In this document: positions 23,701 to 46,929 of the stretch, piece by piece | Layout: each line of letters starts with the position of its first letter | Numbering within the stretch: position 1 is the stretch's first letter | Program-made: the position numbers and the translations under genes | Assembly: GCF_052425735.1 (NCBI RefSeq) | Contig: NC_135760.1 | Span: 22,816,001-22,880,000 of the forward strand | Direction: 5' to 3' | Source: Oculina patagonica | Lineage: Eukaryota | Length of the DNA stretch: 64,000 nucleotides | Notes under the pieces: model-generated | Databases searched by the model: none | What the model was told of the DNA's origin: nothing | The model's input: only the letters and a program-made list of their open reading frames with translations

Positions 23701-26700
23701 AGTATATTTTTTGTCTTCTACATGTTACTAATTTATGCATGATCCTTGATCGCTAGTTGAATTCAACCTAGCTTTTTGTTTCAACTTGGTTTCAGATATT
23801 CTAATTACTTTGTTCAAGACAACGTTCTTCACAGAAGTCTGATTAAGGCCTATGGCATACGCTTTATGGTCATGGTTTATGGAGAGGTTAATCACATTTA
23901 TTACTTTATTGAAATTATATTTTAATAATTAAAAGTAGATCATAGTCTTTTTCTTTTGAATAATTGTTTAGTGTTATAATTTTGAATTTAAGGTGAAGAC
24001 AACTTGATTGTGAATTAAAAGTTATTGATTTTGCTAATTAATGCAGCAATGTAGAGCTGTATGCTAGTTGTACATGTAAGCTCAAGTTTAGTTTTTTTTT
24101 GAAAGAGGCTGGTGGAGATCACTAGAGTCTCTTTTTTTTGTTTGGTTTAGAAAAACTGAAAAAGACAAACTTCAAATTCTGTATTTGTCCCTAATTTTAA
24201 GGCACTGTTTTACTTTTTGATGATTGACTGAAAAATGAAGCCCTCGCCTTTCTCTGATCTGGGAATTCCCATGTTTGAGTTATATATTTGTGTTAATTAC
24301 CCTATTTTTGAATGTTTCTTTTACTTAGGGAGGCAAGTTTAGTGCGATTCCACTGTTTCTTAATCTGGGCTCAGGCCTTGCCCTGCTTAGCATTGTAAGT
24401 ACTCATAATTTAATGCATCACCTTTTGCAGTGTTGCAAAATTATAAACATTAAGATACAAAATCAAACCTTGCTCAACTAGCCATTTCTCTAATTAAAAA
24501 AAATGTTGTTACCTTGTTAATTTAAAAAGTTTGCTTCCAATTTTAAAATCATTTTTTTCAAAGTTCAACAGTTTTTTAACTCCAGTTTTTATCCAGAAAG
24601 TTATAGTAACCCACAACATTTTTTTTTGCACCTCACCATACATTGTACAACAGGCATGTTCTTTTGTTCAGTGATAAATGGAAAACAATTCTGTCAGCTG
24701 CGTGGTACAGGAAACAAAATGTGCCTTAAAAAATAAGTACTTTTAAACTGGGCACCTGAGTCAGCCGCCCAGTTTGAATTAAGAATTCAACAACCTCTAG
24801 GTTGTCACATGCTCTTCTCGTGTGCGCACCTTTGAACTCAAATCTGGCTTCACGACACCATCTTTTAAACTGAAATCAGACTACAACATTTCCATTGATG
24901 GAGAGCTAAGCCCGAAATGTTTGGAACTTTGAACTTATTTTATGGCACTTTGACTATTGACCTGTTAGGAGAGAATGTTTATTATCTTTTGAATTTTTAA
25001 TGTTGTTTTGTTGCAGGCTACAGTTCTGTGTGACATTGTAGTGTTGTACGTCCTTCAGAAGAAGTATTTCTACAGAGAGAAAAAGTATCTACTTGTTGAC
25101 GATGATTCAGATGATGACGATGGATCTGAAGGCAATCGGGTAATTTGAAAAATGCTCAGAATGCAGAGTAAATAGCTGCCTGTCTTTTTTGGGGGGTGGG
25201 GGACAGGGGGTTTGAACCTCCCACTTCCCATAACTTTCCTCCTGCTTCCCGCCCCTTTCCACACTGGTTACCTCCTCCTTGTCCCATTTTTTTTGCAAAA
25301 CATAATGAAATGTTGTGATGTAAATAATAAAGATGGTAAATTTTAAGCTCGGTGATAAAGAATGAAGATGAATTTTTCAACAATGACACAAGCATGGGAC
25401 AAAGAAAAATTCTGAGTCCCCGACGGGAATCAAACCCATGGCCTCCCAGATACCGGTTGGGCGCTCTAGCCAACTGAGCTACGAGAGACTCGTGGTGAGC
25501 TGGGCCATTTACTGGGTTGATATGTGACACGCGTACTGCATACTCCTAGGATCAGCAATGTCGAAATCATCAAGTGTGTTGTAAATAATAAAGATGGTAA
25601 ATTTTAAGCTCGGTGAGCTTAAAATTTACCATCTTGTCCCATGCTCATGTCATTGTTGAAAAATTCATCTTCATAATGTTGCGATATTTTCAATTTTTGC
25701 CCGTTCTTGCCAACTTGGGAATCCCACTTCTGCTCTCTTTTCTACCACCTACTGCCACTTTTTTCCCGTGCTCCCAGTCTCCATTTCTTTGCCCAATTCC
25801 TTCCAACCTTCAAAACATGTCTGGGAATTGACTTGGAAAATTTCACACTGATGACATAGCTGTCTGGAGAAACATTCAGTTTCTCTTATTGGATTTTGGG
25901 AGAGGGGGGGGGTGAATAGACTCACGGATCGACGGATTTGCCCTTGAAAAGCGCACAGATTATAGATGTTTACATTACATTGGGCAGATTTGCATAATGT
26001 CATTATGGAGAGAGAACAATAGGAAAGTGATGGAAATATCAAACTCTCAGTGGGAAGTGGGGCATGAATCAAAAAACATTTCATTCCTGTGTCTGACTCG
26101 TCCCCAGTCGTCTTTTGAGTCCGTCGAGTCAGTTCCTGTGTGGTATCTGAACAAAAAAGAGATTACAACTCAGTCCCATCTATTCATTCCCAAGAGTGAT
26201 CAATATCCAATTTCTGCTTGCACTCTCCATGCATTATCAAACAGGTTATTGATAGATGAAAACAGTCGTATTTTTGGATTCGGTTGGGGGGGGGGGAAAA
26301 TAAAAAAATAGATAAACTAATAACTAAATTGGAAACTAAAGAAAACCACCAACTTAGCTAATAGTGTGCACATGGAATTGTGATAATAAGTTCTGGCTTT
26401 ATTTTTGCTCAAAAAGGTTATTGACTTGGAATTATTTTCCATTGGGCATATTTCCAGAGTGGCTTACTATTAAAAGGAATTTTGCCTTATTAGTCAGGCT
26501 TATACTAGTGGAGCGATTTAGCCTCTGAAAACCTTCATGATGTTAAAACTGCCTAAATATAAGTCTGTGAAGACAAATTATACAACATGAGATGATTTTG
26601 TGGGTATTCTTTGTTGGAGGGTGGGGGGGGGGGGGGATTTATTTCGAGTGATATGTAAAGTCCTCAAATTCTACACTTCTGCCACAAGCTAAATGTTTAT

Positions 26701-28609
26701 CCCTTTCTCTCTGAGATGATCTACCATGGTTAACGCCAGTTTATTTTTTACCAACAAAAATAATTTTTTCATTATGTTTCCATGGGCATGATTGGCAGCT
26801 TATAGAGTACAGCACAGATGATACTGGTAACGTCAACTAACAAGGAACAAGCCTTAAATACCTATAAGGTATTTACCACAAATGCAGTGATTTTAAGTCT
26901 TTGCTGTACATAATTTCTTCAAGAGAAACCAAACATGCATTTCAGTACATTAGCCATCCTGGCTTCCTGCTGATTTATTTACCAAATGTGATTCTACAAT
27001 CAAACTTATTATTTTTTGGATTTTCTATCGTCTAGATATGTTCGGAGTTTCTCAAACTCTCGCCTAAAATATTCTCACTGTTGTCACCACACACAAACGC
27101 CCAGCCCTTACTTAAGCATACAATTCAAGATATTTTACAGTTTATAATTTCCAATGCATTGTATCCTTTATGGGAGTACTCATTATGCAAATTATGTTGT
27201 GGCTGGGTATGTATAGTTTTTTTCCTCTCTTTTTTTAATTTAATTTTTATTTTATTATCTTATTTATTCCTCTCTTGATTTAAGTGACCAACAGAGTTCC
27301 TCTTATGATGCCTTTTTTTGAGCTTCTGCTCTTTTCTGCCTCTAGGCTAAGTTTTCTTCATAACTTAGTCTAGCTTGGGCCATCTGGGAGTGATGGATTG
27401 CTTGTGGGAATGGATATAACTATTAACGAGCTAAACCTTTCACTCCTTAAGTCTGTGAATGAAACCCTAGTGTGCGTTACAAAGCTATTTTTGCTGTACA
27501 AGGTGGCTCTTAATGAAAGCTATGCTGAGCAATGCATTCAAGTGGTACTGTTTATTACGCTTTACAAAGTGGTTTCAACTTTAAAGTCTGTGATTGAAAC
27601 CCAGATTTGCGATTTGGTAAACAAAAGTTATCGAGTAGTATTTTTTGTTAAATTTCAGGATATTGTAAAATGAGTTTTTCCCTAGTTTTTAAGTTTGACA
27701 CTCTTGGGAGTGAATAATAATAACTATAATGATAACGATAATGATAATGAGTGGCCTTCTTAAAAAAATAATAACATTAAAAGCGCTCTGTTAAATCTCT
27801 AAGGGGACTACAGAAAGGAGCTTATATCAATTATCGTAAGTCAGCTAGTGCAATTATCTTTTGCAACAGAGTAACGCAAAAGGAAAAAACATATAGTAAG
27901 TTATAATAAATGTTTGTGGGTTCATTAAGTTTCTTGGCTTGCCTTCTTGAAAGTATTATAAAGAGAGAGGTGGGGTAATAGGGGCTCAAAGAAGGGAATG
28001 AGGAGAGGAGCTTAAAGGGCGTTACTCTATTTAGACCCTGGGGGGACTCTCGGATAATAGGGATGGGGATGCTCGTCGAAAAATTTGTATGTGACAAATT
28101 TGGGCGTGGCTCAAGCTAATGACACCATTTTTCGCTGTTTTTTATTTCTTCATGTCCAACCCTAAACGAGGGCTTGACGGCAAAAAATAATGGCGTTCTG
28201 CCTTGAACACTTAAAGTGAGACCAAAATCCTTGATGTAAACTCCTAAGCGAGATGACGAGCATCCCCGTCTCTTTTATGTGGGAGGCCCCTATCCCCACC
28301 CCCTCCCGCACCCCTTCCCCAGATTTAGACTTCAATTACAAAATATTAGTTAACTGGCCGGGGGATAACTGCTGATAGTTGATTCCTGACTATGCTGTCA
28401 GCTGCAGTTGAAGTCTTGTAACGTCATTCAAATTTTGTTGTGTGTATTCTGCTTGATTATTACTATTATTATCGTCTTTTTGTTTTTGACAACAGCAGTC
28501 AAGATCCCAAGGTCTCAATAGTACTGGTAGCATGGACCGTGATAGAAAGAAGTATTCACCGATACAAAATGACGATGAATCCACAGAAGCCGACAATACA
28601 CAGAGATAA
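11703..28609 (+). CDS. P2X: P2X purinoceptor (ATP-gated cation channel), ~443 aa; exons 11703-11845, 13541-13712, 19298-19445, 20071-20188, 20874-20960, 21346-21484, 22906-22991, 23619-23663, 23796-23886, 24329-24394, 25017-25139, 28496-28609
   Basis: [10 protein letters not shown] (YxTxK), TM1, SSVTTKVKG, Cys-rich ectodomain ([20 protein letters not shown]), [19 protein letters not shown]2 [25 protein letters not shown]. All exon phases are consistent. The terminal exon is less certain. Confidence 0.95.
13176..13410. mobile_element. Hairpin repeat with degenerate hammerhead-like motif (PLE-type end), copy A, in P2X intron 1
   Basis: Internal inverted repeat aaacaaaaactttttgttagtgc..gagacttctgtctc / gaggcagaagtctc..cattaacaaaaagtttttgtttaa; ctgatgatgaggcagaagtctcaaagcatc at 13335; near-identical to 14447-14640. 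Confidence 0.65.
13745..14440 (-). mobile_element. 3' fragment of a LINE (L2/CR1-group RT tail), interrupted by a SINE
   Basis: Minus-strand translation [38 protein letters not shown], typical of the C-terminus of LINE ORF2, with a stop and frameshift. Confidence 0.6.
13917..14171 (+). mobile_element. tRNA-derived CORE-type SINE
   Basis: A box gtggcctaatggtaa, degenerate B box gggtttgaggcc, CORE-like gttcttgggcaagatactt, (TTTACC)n tail, TSD tacaacttttaa (13903-13914 / 14172-14183). Confidence 0.85.
14447..14640. mobile_element. Hairpin repeat with degenerate hammerhead-like motif, copy B, in P2X intron 2
   Basis: Near-identical to 13176-13410; ctgatgatgagacagaggtctcaaaacgtc at 14608. Confidence 0.65.
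14641..15057. mobile_element. Non-autonomous DNA element (related fragments at ~12760-12860 and ~48450-48750)
   Basis: G-rich/C-rich ends; internal gggaggctccgccc / gggcggagcctccc inverted motif; repeated taccccttt motifs. Confidence 0.55.
15957..16613. mobile_element. TTAA-specific non-autonomous element with GG termini (Kolobok-like)
   Basis: ttaa|ggaccttcgcgc ... gcgcgaacgtcc|ttaa. Confidence 0.75.
16754..16883. mobile_element. MITE inserted in a poly-C tract
   Basis: taggcccagacagattgtgctc ... gagcacaatctgtctaggccta, flanked by C runs. Confidence 0.75.
17158..17850 (+). CDS. Intronless 230-aa protein (N-terminal coiled coil plus helical C-terminal domain), nested in P2X intron 2
   Basis: Uninterrupted ORF; start context CAATATGGCG; heptad pattern over the N-terminal half; AATAAA at ~18379. 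Confidence 0.7.
   Translation: MAAIIEATASEGKTPLWEDFRREISHVEDEVAVVTSQVAELRKANGNLKGNHLALEEKVNVLTCEVNDMNRSLKRFQSEQAIFERKIEDLDQTCYEREVSEGMNLLSELCWQIQSLIYRKVLPNSYDDKEFYQVKYIEEDVDALDNEQERSLAAQVWAKLKMELNWETKQFNRTIKSVQEPRIYTTYPKLTEDLLLQTATQMSNAGMYGTKTFESVKKLISVWKKLVKIQ
18940..19222 (-). mobile_element. tRNA-derived CORE-type SINE
   Basis: Reverse complement has B box GGGTTCGAGCCC and TTCTTGGGCAAGACA; TSD aagtactgt (18931-18939 / 19224-19232). Confidence 0.85.
19871..20035. mobile_element. Palindromic MITE (second copy at ~59372-59526)
   Basis: tgttgtggtttaattttgtctttggtttaaaatttttcaaaccagtttg ... caaactggtttgaaaattttaaactaaagataaaattaaaccacaaca. Confidence 0.75.
21727..22112. mobile_element. Non-autonomous DNA element with CCCCAGG...CCTGGGG TIRs and 6-bp TSD
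   Basis: TIR ccccaggggggtactcc / ggagtacccccctgggg; AACTGT at 21721-21726 and 22113-22118. Confidence 0.85.
22450..22830 (+). mobile_element. 5'-truncated Penelope-like retroelement (GIY-YIG endonuclease C-half plus hammerhead) in P2X intron 6
   Basis: [13 protein letters not shown]...AEHKPG...[23 protein letters not shown]...RLFLEALH, followed by a hammerhead core. Confidence 0.85.
22783..22823 (+). ncRNA. Minimal hammerhead ribozyme (PLE type)
   Basis: Stem I AACT/AGTT; CTGATGA; extra A; stem II GGTAGC/GTTACC; GAA; palindromic stem III AATT; predicted cleavage after C22819. Confidence 0.75.
24690..24930 (+). mobile_element. Decayed PLE 3' end with degenerate hammerhead, in P2X intron 10
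   Basis: Frameshifted FKLGT*.QPPSLN.EF-like GIY-YIG tail; TTCCA-TTGATGG-A-GAGCTAAGCCC-GAAATGTT-TGGAA at 24890-24926. Confidence 0.5.
25321..25675 (-). mobile_element. tRNA-related repeat with internal direct repeat and inverted end (partial second copy at ~46047-46182)
   Basis: Minus strand GTAGCTCAGTTGGCTAGAGC (A box) ... GGGTTTGATTCCC (B box); 35-nt direct repeat taaataataaagatggtaaattttaagctcggtga at 25321 and 25582. Confidence 0.7.
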
Positions 28610-30756
28610 TAGGTACCTTATTGAAACCAAATTACTGGAGTTCTGTGCGCCTCTACAACTCGGAGTCTGGCCAGTTTGACATTTTTATGAAGATTACTGG
28701 TCGATTAATCACTTTTAGATCTTTTAAGTACGACACCAATACCTCGGAACAGTTACACATAAAGAAATTTCAGTAATTAATTTATTCTTAGTAATTAATT
28801 ATCATAATGATAATTCTAATTGTTATAACGTGCATAATAATTATATATTAGGTATTTGTGTTTTTGGCTCCCTTAACATTTAGCCTGTAGTATGTACTGT
28901 TTTTAGAGCTGTAAGGTACATTAAGTTTTTTTTCGTTCGTTTGTTTTTTTTTTTTTTTACTGTGTTGTTTGCAATGAATGTGCCAAGAAGCCGTGGGTCC
29001 CCAACTGGGTTTCACTTTGCACTTCTTAATGATAATGTAATGTTTAATAAAACTCATTGCAGTAAAAAACTGAATTCCAGAGTAAAATACAAGGTAAAAA
29101 ATGGAAACATGTAACCAAAAATGTAACCAAAGTCATAAAAATGTAGCAGCTTTTGTTAACGAGTTAACGGATATATTTTTTAAACGAAATTTATTCGTTA
29201 AACCTAGCAACGATTGAGATCAATTATTTTAATTTTCTATGTATTTTTCTTAAAGGTTATCATAAAGCAGTGATAGAAAGATCGATTCTTTGTGCAGGTT
29301 TCGAATATAAACGTATTCATTCGTCAGTAGCCTCTAACGAAAACGAAAGTAAGAAAACTCAGATGACTTCTATCAATATACTTCAATTATTATCCCTAAA
29401 AATTCATCATTCAGTAAACTTACTTCTCTAGGGAAGGGTGTTCCAAAACTTCTGATAAGGCCCAGAATCAAGGAAACCTGCGTTAAGCGATCGTTGCAGA
29501 TTTGTGTAAAAGAACTGATTTACTTTTTAATAGAAATTACAGTTTCGAATGATTGCGTCATTCAAAAGTCATTTGAACTTGGAAACAGAAAATTGAAACC
29601 ACTCTTGATTTATGAAAACTCTTCTCACTTTTTTACTCTTATGATGTCATTTAAATTTTTAAAATTATAAATGAAATAATAAGACCTTAAAAGTGAGATT
29701 AAAAACATCTGACGTTACGAGGACCACATAAATCCTTTAGCCGAAACCAATCCTCTTCATTACAAGAAATTTGTCAAAAAATTATATAAGAGCGAACGAG
29801 GTGATGGACCTTTTTCTTCTGATAAATAATGTTCTTTTGTCGCAATGTGTTTTGTGTAATTTTTTTATACCTTAGTGGGTGGGTTACAGGAGACTCTGTC
29901 CCTGTTGTATCGATCCATACTCTTTATTTTGACCCTTTGATAGATTCCGAGATATGACAATGTTATTCTAAGAGATAATTCCGTGTTCCGATAGATATAT
30001 TCCGCACTACAGAGATAGATCAATGTCCGCACTAGACTCCTTTCCGTTCCCTCGATTCCTTTCTTGCACACGTTTTTAAGTGTCAATCACGAGACTCGAC
30101 TCAGACCTCGCAGGTCAAACCAGCCCCAGCCCTTAGCTATTTACAACAGTCCCAAAGTTGGACTCTGCGGGTACGCGATAAATGTATCTTTGTGGTGACC
30201 TGTTTAGAACCCATTAGTTTATGAATATTTTATTAGGATTCAAGTCATTACTTGTTGTAATCTAGTCATACATTATTCACAGAAGGGTAATAGTGGAACC
30301 CCGTTCGTCTCGTATCATTCCGATAGTTTGTCTTGTCGAAAAAATTGGGGGGAACCAAAAAAAACCTTAATTATATTAAAATTTTCTACATAATCAGCAA
30401 AAGTCGCCAATAGCGAAGCGCGCGAGGTCTAAAAACCGAATGCAAATGAACATAACCGCCGTAAGGCTCAAAAAACATCAGCGTGTTCTGAGAGAAAAAG
30501 AAGGAATCTAGGCGAAGTTTTCGTTTTATAAGAGTGTTTTAGGAATACCGGCCGCCTTAGAAAGTGTTTTAGGAAAATCGTCCGCCATTTCGGTTTGTCT
30601 GAGTCGTGACGTCACTCGCGCGCTTTGCTATTTGATCTCATTGAGTGTTCCCTTGTAGGTTACATTTAGGCTCCTGTTGTTGCATTGAACTTGGCTTGTT
30701 CATTTGTTTAAATGGTTTAATAATGCTGGACGACGGCTAGGTCTTTCACGGTATAG

Positions 30757-30930
30757 TAACCTGTTCCAGGCGTTCGGTTAGTTGGGAAGCGGCGCGAAGA
30801 ACGGCGAGCGAAAAAATGGCGAGGGGACTAAGGCGAGGGAGCGTTTTCCTCCCCGCCCCTCTCCACTATTTTCTTTCGCTTGCCGTTCTTCGCGCCGCTT
30901 CCCAACTAACCGAACGCCTGGAACAGGCCA
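30757..30930. mobile_element. Palindromic MITE with 8-bp TSD
   Basis: Long TIR cctgttccaggcgttcggttagttgggaagcggcgcgaagaacggc; CGGTATAG at 30749-30756 and 30931-30938. Confidence 0.9.
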
Positions 30931-32029
30931 CGGTATAGTAAATGTTTAGGAAGATAACTCGAACGAAGGTACAAGAGGTGGTGGTATATACTGGCCACAG
31001 GATGACCTGAATGATTCTAACATTCAATTTGATTGGTTGATGAATCGGCACATGCGCATTACTAAATTCCTCGATTAAAGATAATTCATTCGTTAAAACT
31101 TTCTATGCTATAGATATATAAAAAGGCATTAACAATAAATAGAAATAGGGTTTATAAGATAAAAGATGGGGGTATGGTATAATTAGTTTTCGATATATAG
31201 TTTTATACGTAGAAGTCCTATTTAGGTAATAATCTATTTCTGGAAGAAATTAAATAATGTGAAATAAGTACAAAATGTTAAAGAAGTTTATTAGTGGAAT
31301 TAATTGTTCAGTTTAGAAAATGTTTTTTTTTACAACTGACGACAGAATTGATGCAGTCGAATCTTCCTATACGGACCTTAAAGGTTAGTCGAGTGGGTTA
31401 GACTAAAAGCGCGCGCGAAAGTCACCTCGCGAGGAGACGCAACACGCAGAAGGGTCTTTTCTTGCGAGATGATCTTCGCGCGCGCTCACGTTCTTGCCCA
31501 CTCAACTAACCGTGAGAAAAATGAGGGACTACTGGTAGTGCATACGGACATGTAGTACTAGTAGATGCGTCCGCGAGTATCTGCATTATATAAAGGTGTC
31601 CTCAGGATCATGTAAACTATAAACCATAATAACCAGTCGGAGATGTCAAGCCTACGCCTAATCTCGTTCCCAGATCTTTTCATTCTGGTGCCGTGCAGCG
31701 CGAGTCGCGTGGGTGGTGGCAGCGAGAGCTTGCGCGACTTCGCGCGCTTTTCGCTCACCTCGTGCTCCGACTAGGCAGAGTCCGTAAAGAGATATTTGAC
31801 TGTGTCAGTAAAATTGCATTTTTTTCTCCAGTAGAAACACATATTGACCTAGTATAAGGAGTATATTTCCAGTATTTATTGCATATCCCTACTGTTCTTT
31901 ATTACGTTGCTTTGATACAGTCGTAATAATCAATATCCAAATATAGTAACAAACAGATGTAATTTTATAAACATGGATACAAAATATTAAAACTCAGTGG
32001 TGAAAATAATCAAAAGGAAGTGACACAGT

Positions 32030-32990
32030 TTAGGTCCCCTTAAACGAGAAAACATTGTTGCGGAACTGAAGCATTGTTTCCCAAAATATGTCCTGGTTTG
32101 CATGCACACACGCAACATTATATGCGGAAGCAAATTTTGCTTCCAGGAAGCCAAAAAATGGTTTGGATTTTCTTGTTTAAAAACAGTTAGCAAGGAAACA
32201 ATTCTGGGAAACAATGTTTCCGCAACAGTGTTTCCTCGTTTTGTGGGGACGTTAAGATATTTAGTGGTTATATATTTTAGGGATTAACAAGTAACATATA
32301 TAAAATCTAAAAAATAAATGTAAAGTTGAGGATAGTTTGGTTTCTGTTGTGTCATTGGTCGTTTGTATTCTACGCGCGTGCTTTAGACCCGGTAATACGG
32401 GCAACATTTTTGTTCAACTTGTCTCGCAACATTGTTGCATTGCAAGTTGAACGAGTTGTTGCCCGTATTACTACCGCGCGCTCAACTTGTCTCGCAACAA
32501 ATTTCGGTGTTGCAAGTTGCAGCAACATGTTGCACAAAGTAGAACCGAGTTTTTCTTTTTGCAACAATTTTGTTCAACTTGCAACACCGAAATTTGTTGC
32601 GAGACAAGTTAAGCGCGCGGTAGTAATATGAGCAACAACTCGTTCAACTTGCAATGCAACAATGTTGGGAGACAATTCCTGGCGAAACGGAGGAGACGCA
32701 AGTTTTCAACTTCCGTTGGCCAGGACTTGCGTTGAATTGCGTTCACTTTGGTCGAGATCAAATTTGCGCGCAAGTCAACGCAAGTTTTTCACCGTTTGGT
32801 CACTCAACGCAAGTCAAACCAAGTCTTGCTGTTTACTTCAAGTACAGTGCAGCGCGCGCAGTAGCATTGAAATGGCTTTTTTTGACAACTTGCGAGCAAA
32901 CTTGCGAGTCCGTTTGGTTACCCAACGCAAGTCTGTACGCAAGTTCAACTTGCGTCCACTTGCGTTACCGTTTGGCCAGGGCTAACTGAC
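32030..32990. mobile_element. Cluster of three palindromic MITEs (~32030-32255, ~32385-32670, ~32690-32985)
   Basis: Inverted repeats aaacattgttgcggaa/ttccgcaacagtgttt and gttcaacttgtctcgcaaca/tgttgcgagacaagtt; ttgcg-rich element ending ttggccagggcta. Confidence 0.7.
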
Positions 32991-33395
32991 ATGGCAGACG
33001 CAAGAAAACGTCCAAGAGAACTCAAGTTTGAAAGTTCACTTAAATGCATTTGATTCCCAAGCAACCTGTCTCGCTCCCAAAAATGTTACAAGCTGCACGC
33101 AAGGGCGTAAATATTGGAACTTTGCAAATTGAAAACTCAACAAAACGAAAACTACTTAGCATTCATAATTATTTCAAAGGTCTCGGGTTTCCATTTGATT
33201 TGTGAACAATTTATGACGCATACCCTTGCAAATTACTGATGACACTTATAACAAACTGCACGAGATAACCTTCATGAATCTTACATTGTACTTTTTAGCC
33301 TGAAGTTTGTGTTTGTTGTTTCTAATAACTCCTCCTCCTCCACCCACTTGCCACTATGTTACTGGGATACAAGGTGCTCTGAGTCAGAAATAAAT

Positions 33396-33560
33396 TAGAC
33401 TGTTCACAGTCCCCTATTTTCCGTGATGTCGAAGAGATCCACGGGATTTTTGCACTCTCCCCAGTTTTCGCTCGCGTTCGTAAAACAAGATGGCGGCCCG
33501 TCGGACTGAACGATCGATCTCTACGACATCACGGAAAAATAGGGGACTGTGAACAGTCTA
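33396..33560. mobile_element. MITE with 9-bp TSD
   Basis: tagactgttcacagtcccctattttccgtgatgtcg / cgacatcacggaaaaataggggactgtgaacagtcta; GAAATAAAT on both sides. Confidence 0.9.
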
Positions 33561-33809
33561 GAAATAAATGACCATTTTACTTCTTCCTGACTAAGGTTCC
33601 ATTTTCACCCTCTCACGGAATTATTTCATTGCAAACATTTCCAAACCTCACTTTTTTCAGTCTACATACAAGGTAATAGTCGAATATCGTTTTTTTTTTT
33701 TTCACTTTTTGACATGTTTAACAGATTGGTAACGTACAGCTTTAGTTGTAGCCGTGAAGATGTAAAATTTTGCTTCATGTCGATCAGGAAACTTTTACTA
33801 AGGCTATAG

Positions 33810-34080
33810 GACGCGTTGAAAACGAAGCACTTGAAAACGAAGACTGGAACTGAGCAAGAAGTATTAGGAACTCGCAAAAACCTGAAATAATCAAAACTCT
33901 CTAAAACGAACTGACCCAAAACTTGAAAACGAACACCGAAAACTGAAAAACAAATCACCCAAACTCGAAATCAAAGCCCAAAAACTCAAAACAGCCAGAC
34001 TCGGAAGCGAAGCACTTTGGTTTCGCGAGTTTTGCAGGTTTTGCGTGCTTCGTGCTTAGGTCTTCATTTTCGACACCACC
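33810..34080. mobile_element. DNA element with repeated GAAAAC(G) subterminal motifs
   Basis: Multiple gaaaacgaag/ctcgaaa repeats; end cttcattttcgacaccacc. Confidence 0.5.
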
Positions 34081-35207
34081 GCTGACAGACATGCCAGGTC
34101 AATAATAAACTATAAAGGTAAAAGGAAATATTGACACAGGTTACCTAAAGCTTGAAACTGCCAGCGTATTTTGGTGCTAAAATAGCCTTGTGAATGGTCG
34201 AAAAGGTCGGAAAGCCAACAGAAAAACCATCCTGATTGAGTAGTACTCTCATTGTGTGTTCCTAGTGTTTTGGCTGTGTTTAATCCCTAAAATCATATTT
34301 ACTGGTCATACTGGTTCGAAACAAAGCCGAATATTTGCACTCATTAAGTCCTCTTTGTTTAGACTTTTTGATTTCTAGACAACTATGATTTATGCAAAAT
34401 ATCAAATACGCGCGCTAACGCATGTAAATTTTACTGTTTGGTTTGTAGAAATTGGGTGATACTAAACAGTGGTAAATTCTTAATCTGTTTAAAGCTGGAA
34501 TTGTCAAAAGAGAACCGAGACTTTTCCAGCTCAAATGAAATTCTAGAAAAACGCTGACGTCACAAAAGATCCCCCTGCAGTTCCACACGAACTACGAAAC
34601 CTATAAACTCAAATCAAATCTCTTATCTGTTTTGCAACTTAAACCCTCCATTGAATTTGTCAACTAGATTATTGAAAGTTTCAACACAAGCATGAAGCTT
34701 TTGTTAGCTTTGCCTCTGAGAAGCTCTTAGTTGAACTATTTCGTGACTCTGAGTGACAATATGATGAATGATTTAAAAAATTTTAAAAATTGTCCGGAAA
34801 TGGTTTCTCTTTAATTGCACGCTTTGTTTTGCTTTGATTTTTTTCCTACCTTTTTCAGGACGATTTTCTAAAGAAAAAAGGCTTTTCTAATTAAAGATAT
34901 AAAGAATATAAAACGACAGAAAATAGGAAAACTATTGCATTTTTTGCCAATTTTAATTTTTTCCCTGAATTTTCAAAGTGCTTGTCCCCAGGCTTCTCGC
35001 CAAAACATTGATAACGAGGCAGATAAACAATGTTTTTTTCTGACGTAACGCAGCGCCAAAACAGAGTTTTGGTCATCAAAAATGATGTTCAAAGGAACGA
35101 TATGAAGAAACGACTATGGAAATGTGAGAAAAATTGAGCATAAAAGCTACACAGCTTACTCATCTTCAGTTCTGAAGATCCAAAAGAGCTTTTTATAGCT
35201 CTAAACG

Positions 35208-46929
<11,722 letters not shown>

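Noticed and set aside
32326-32989. Overlapping ~100-aa ORFs
   Set aside because: They arise from palindromic MITE sequence
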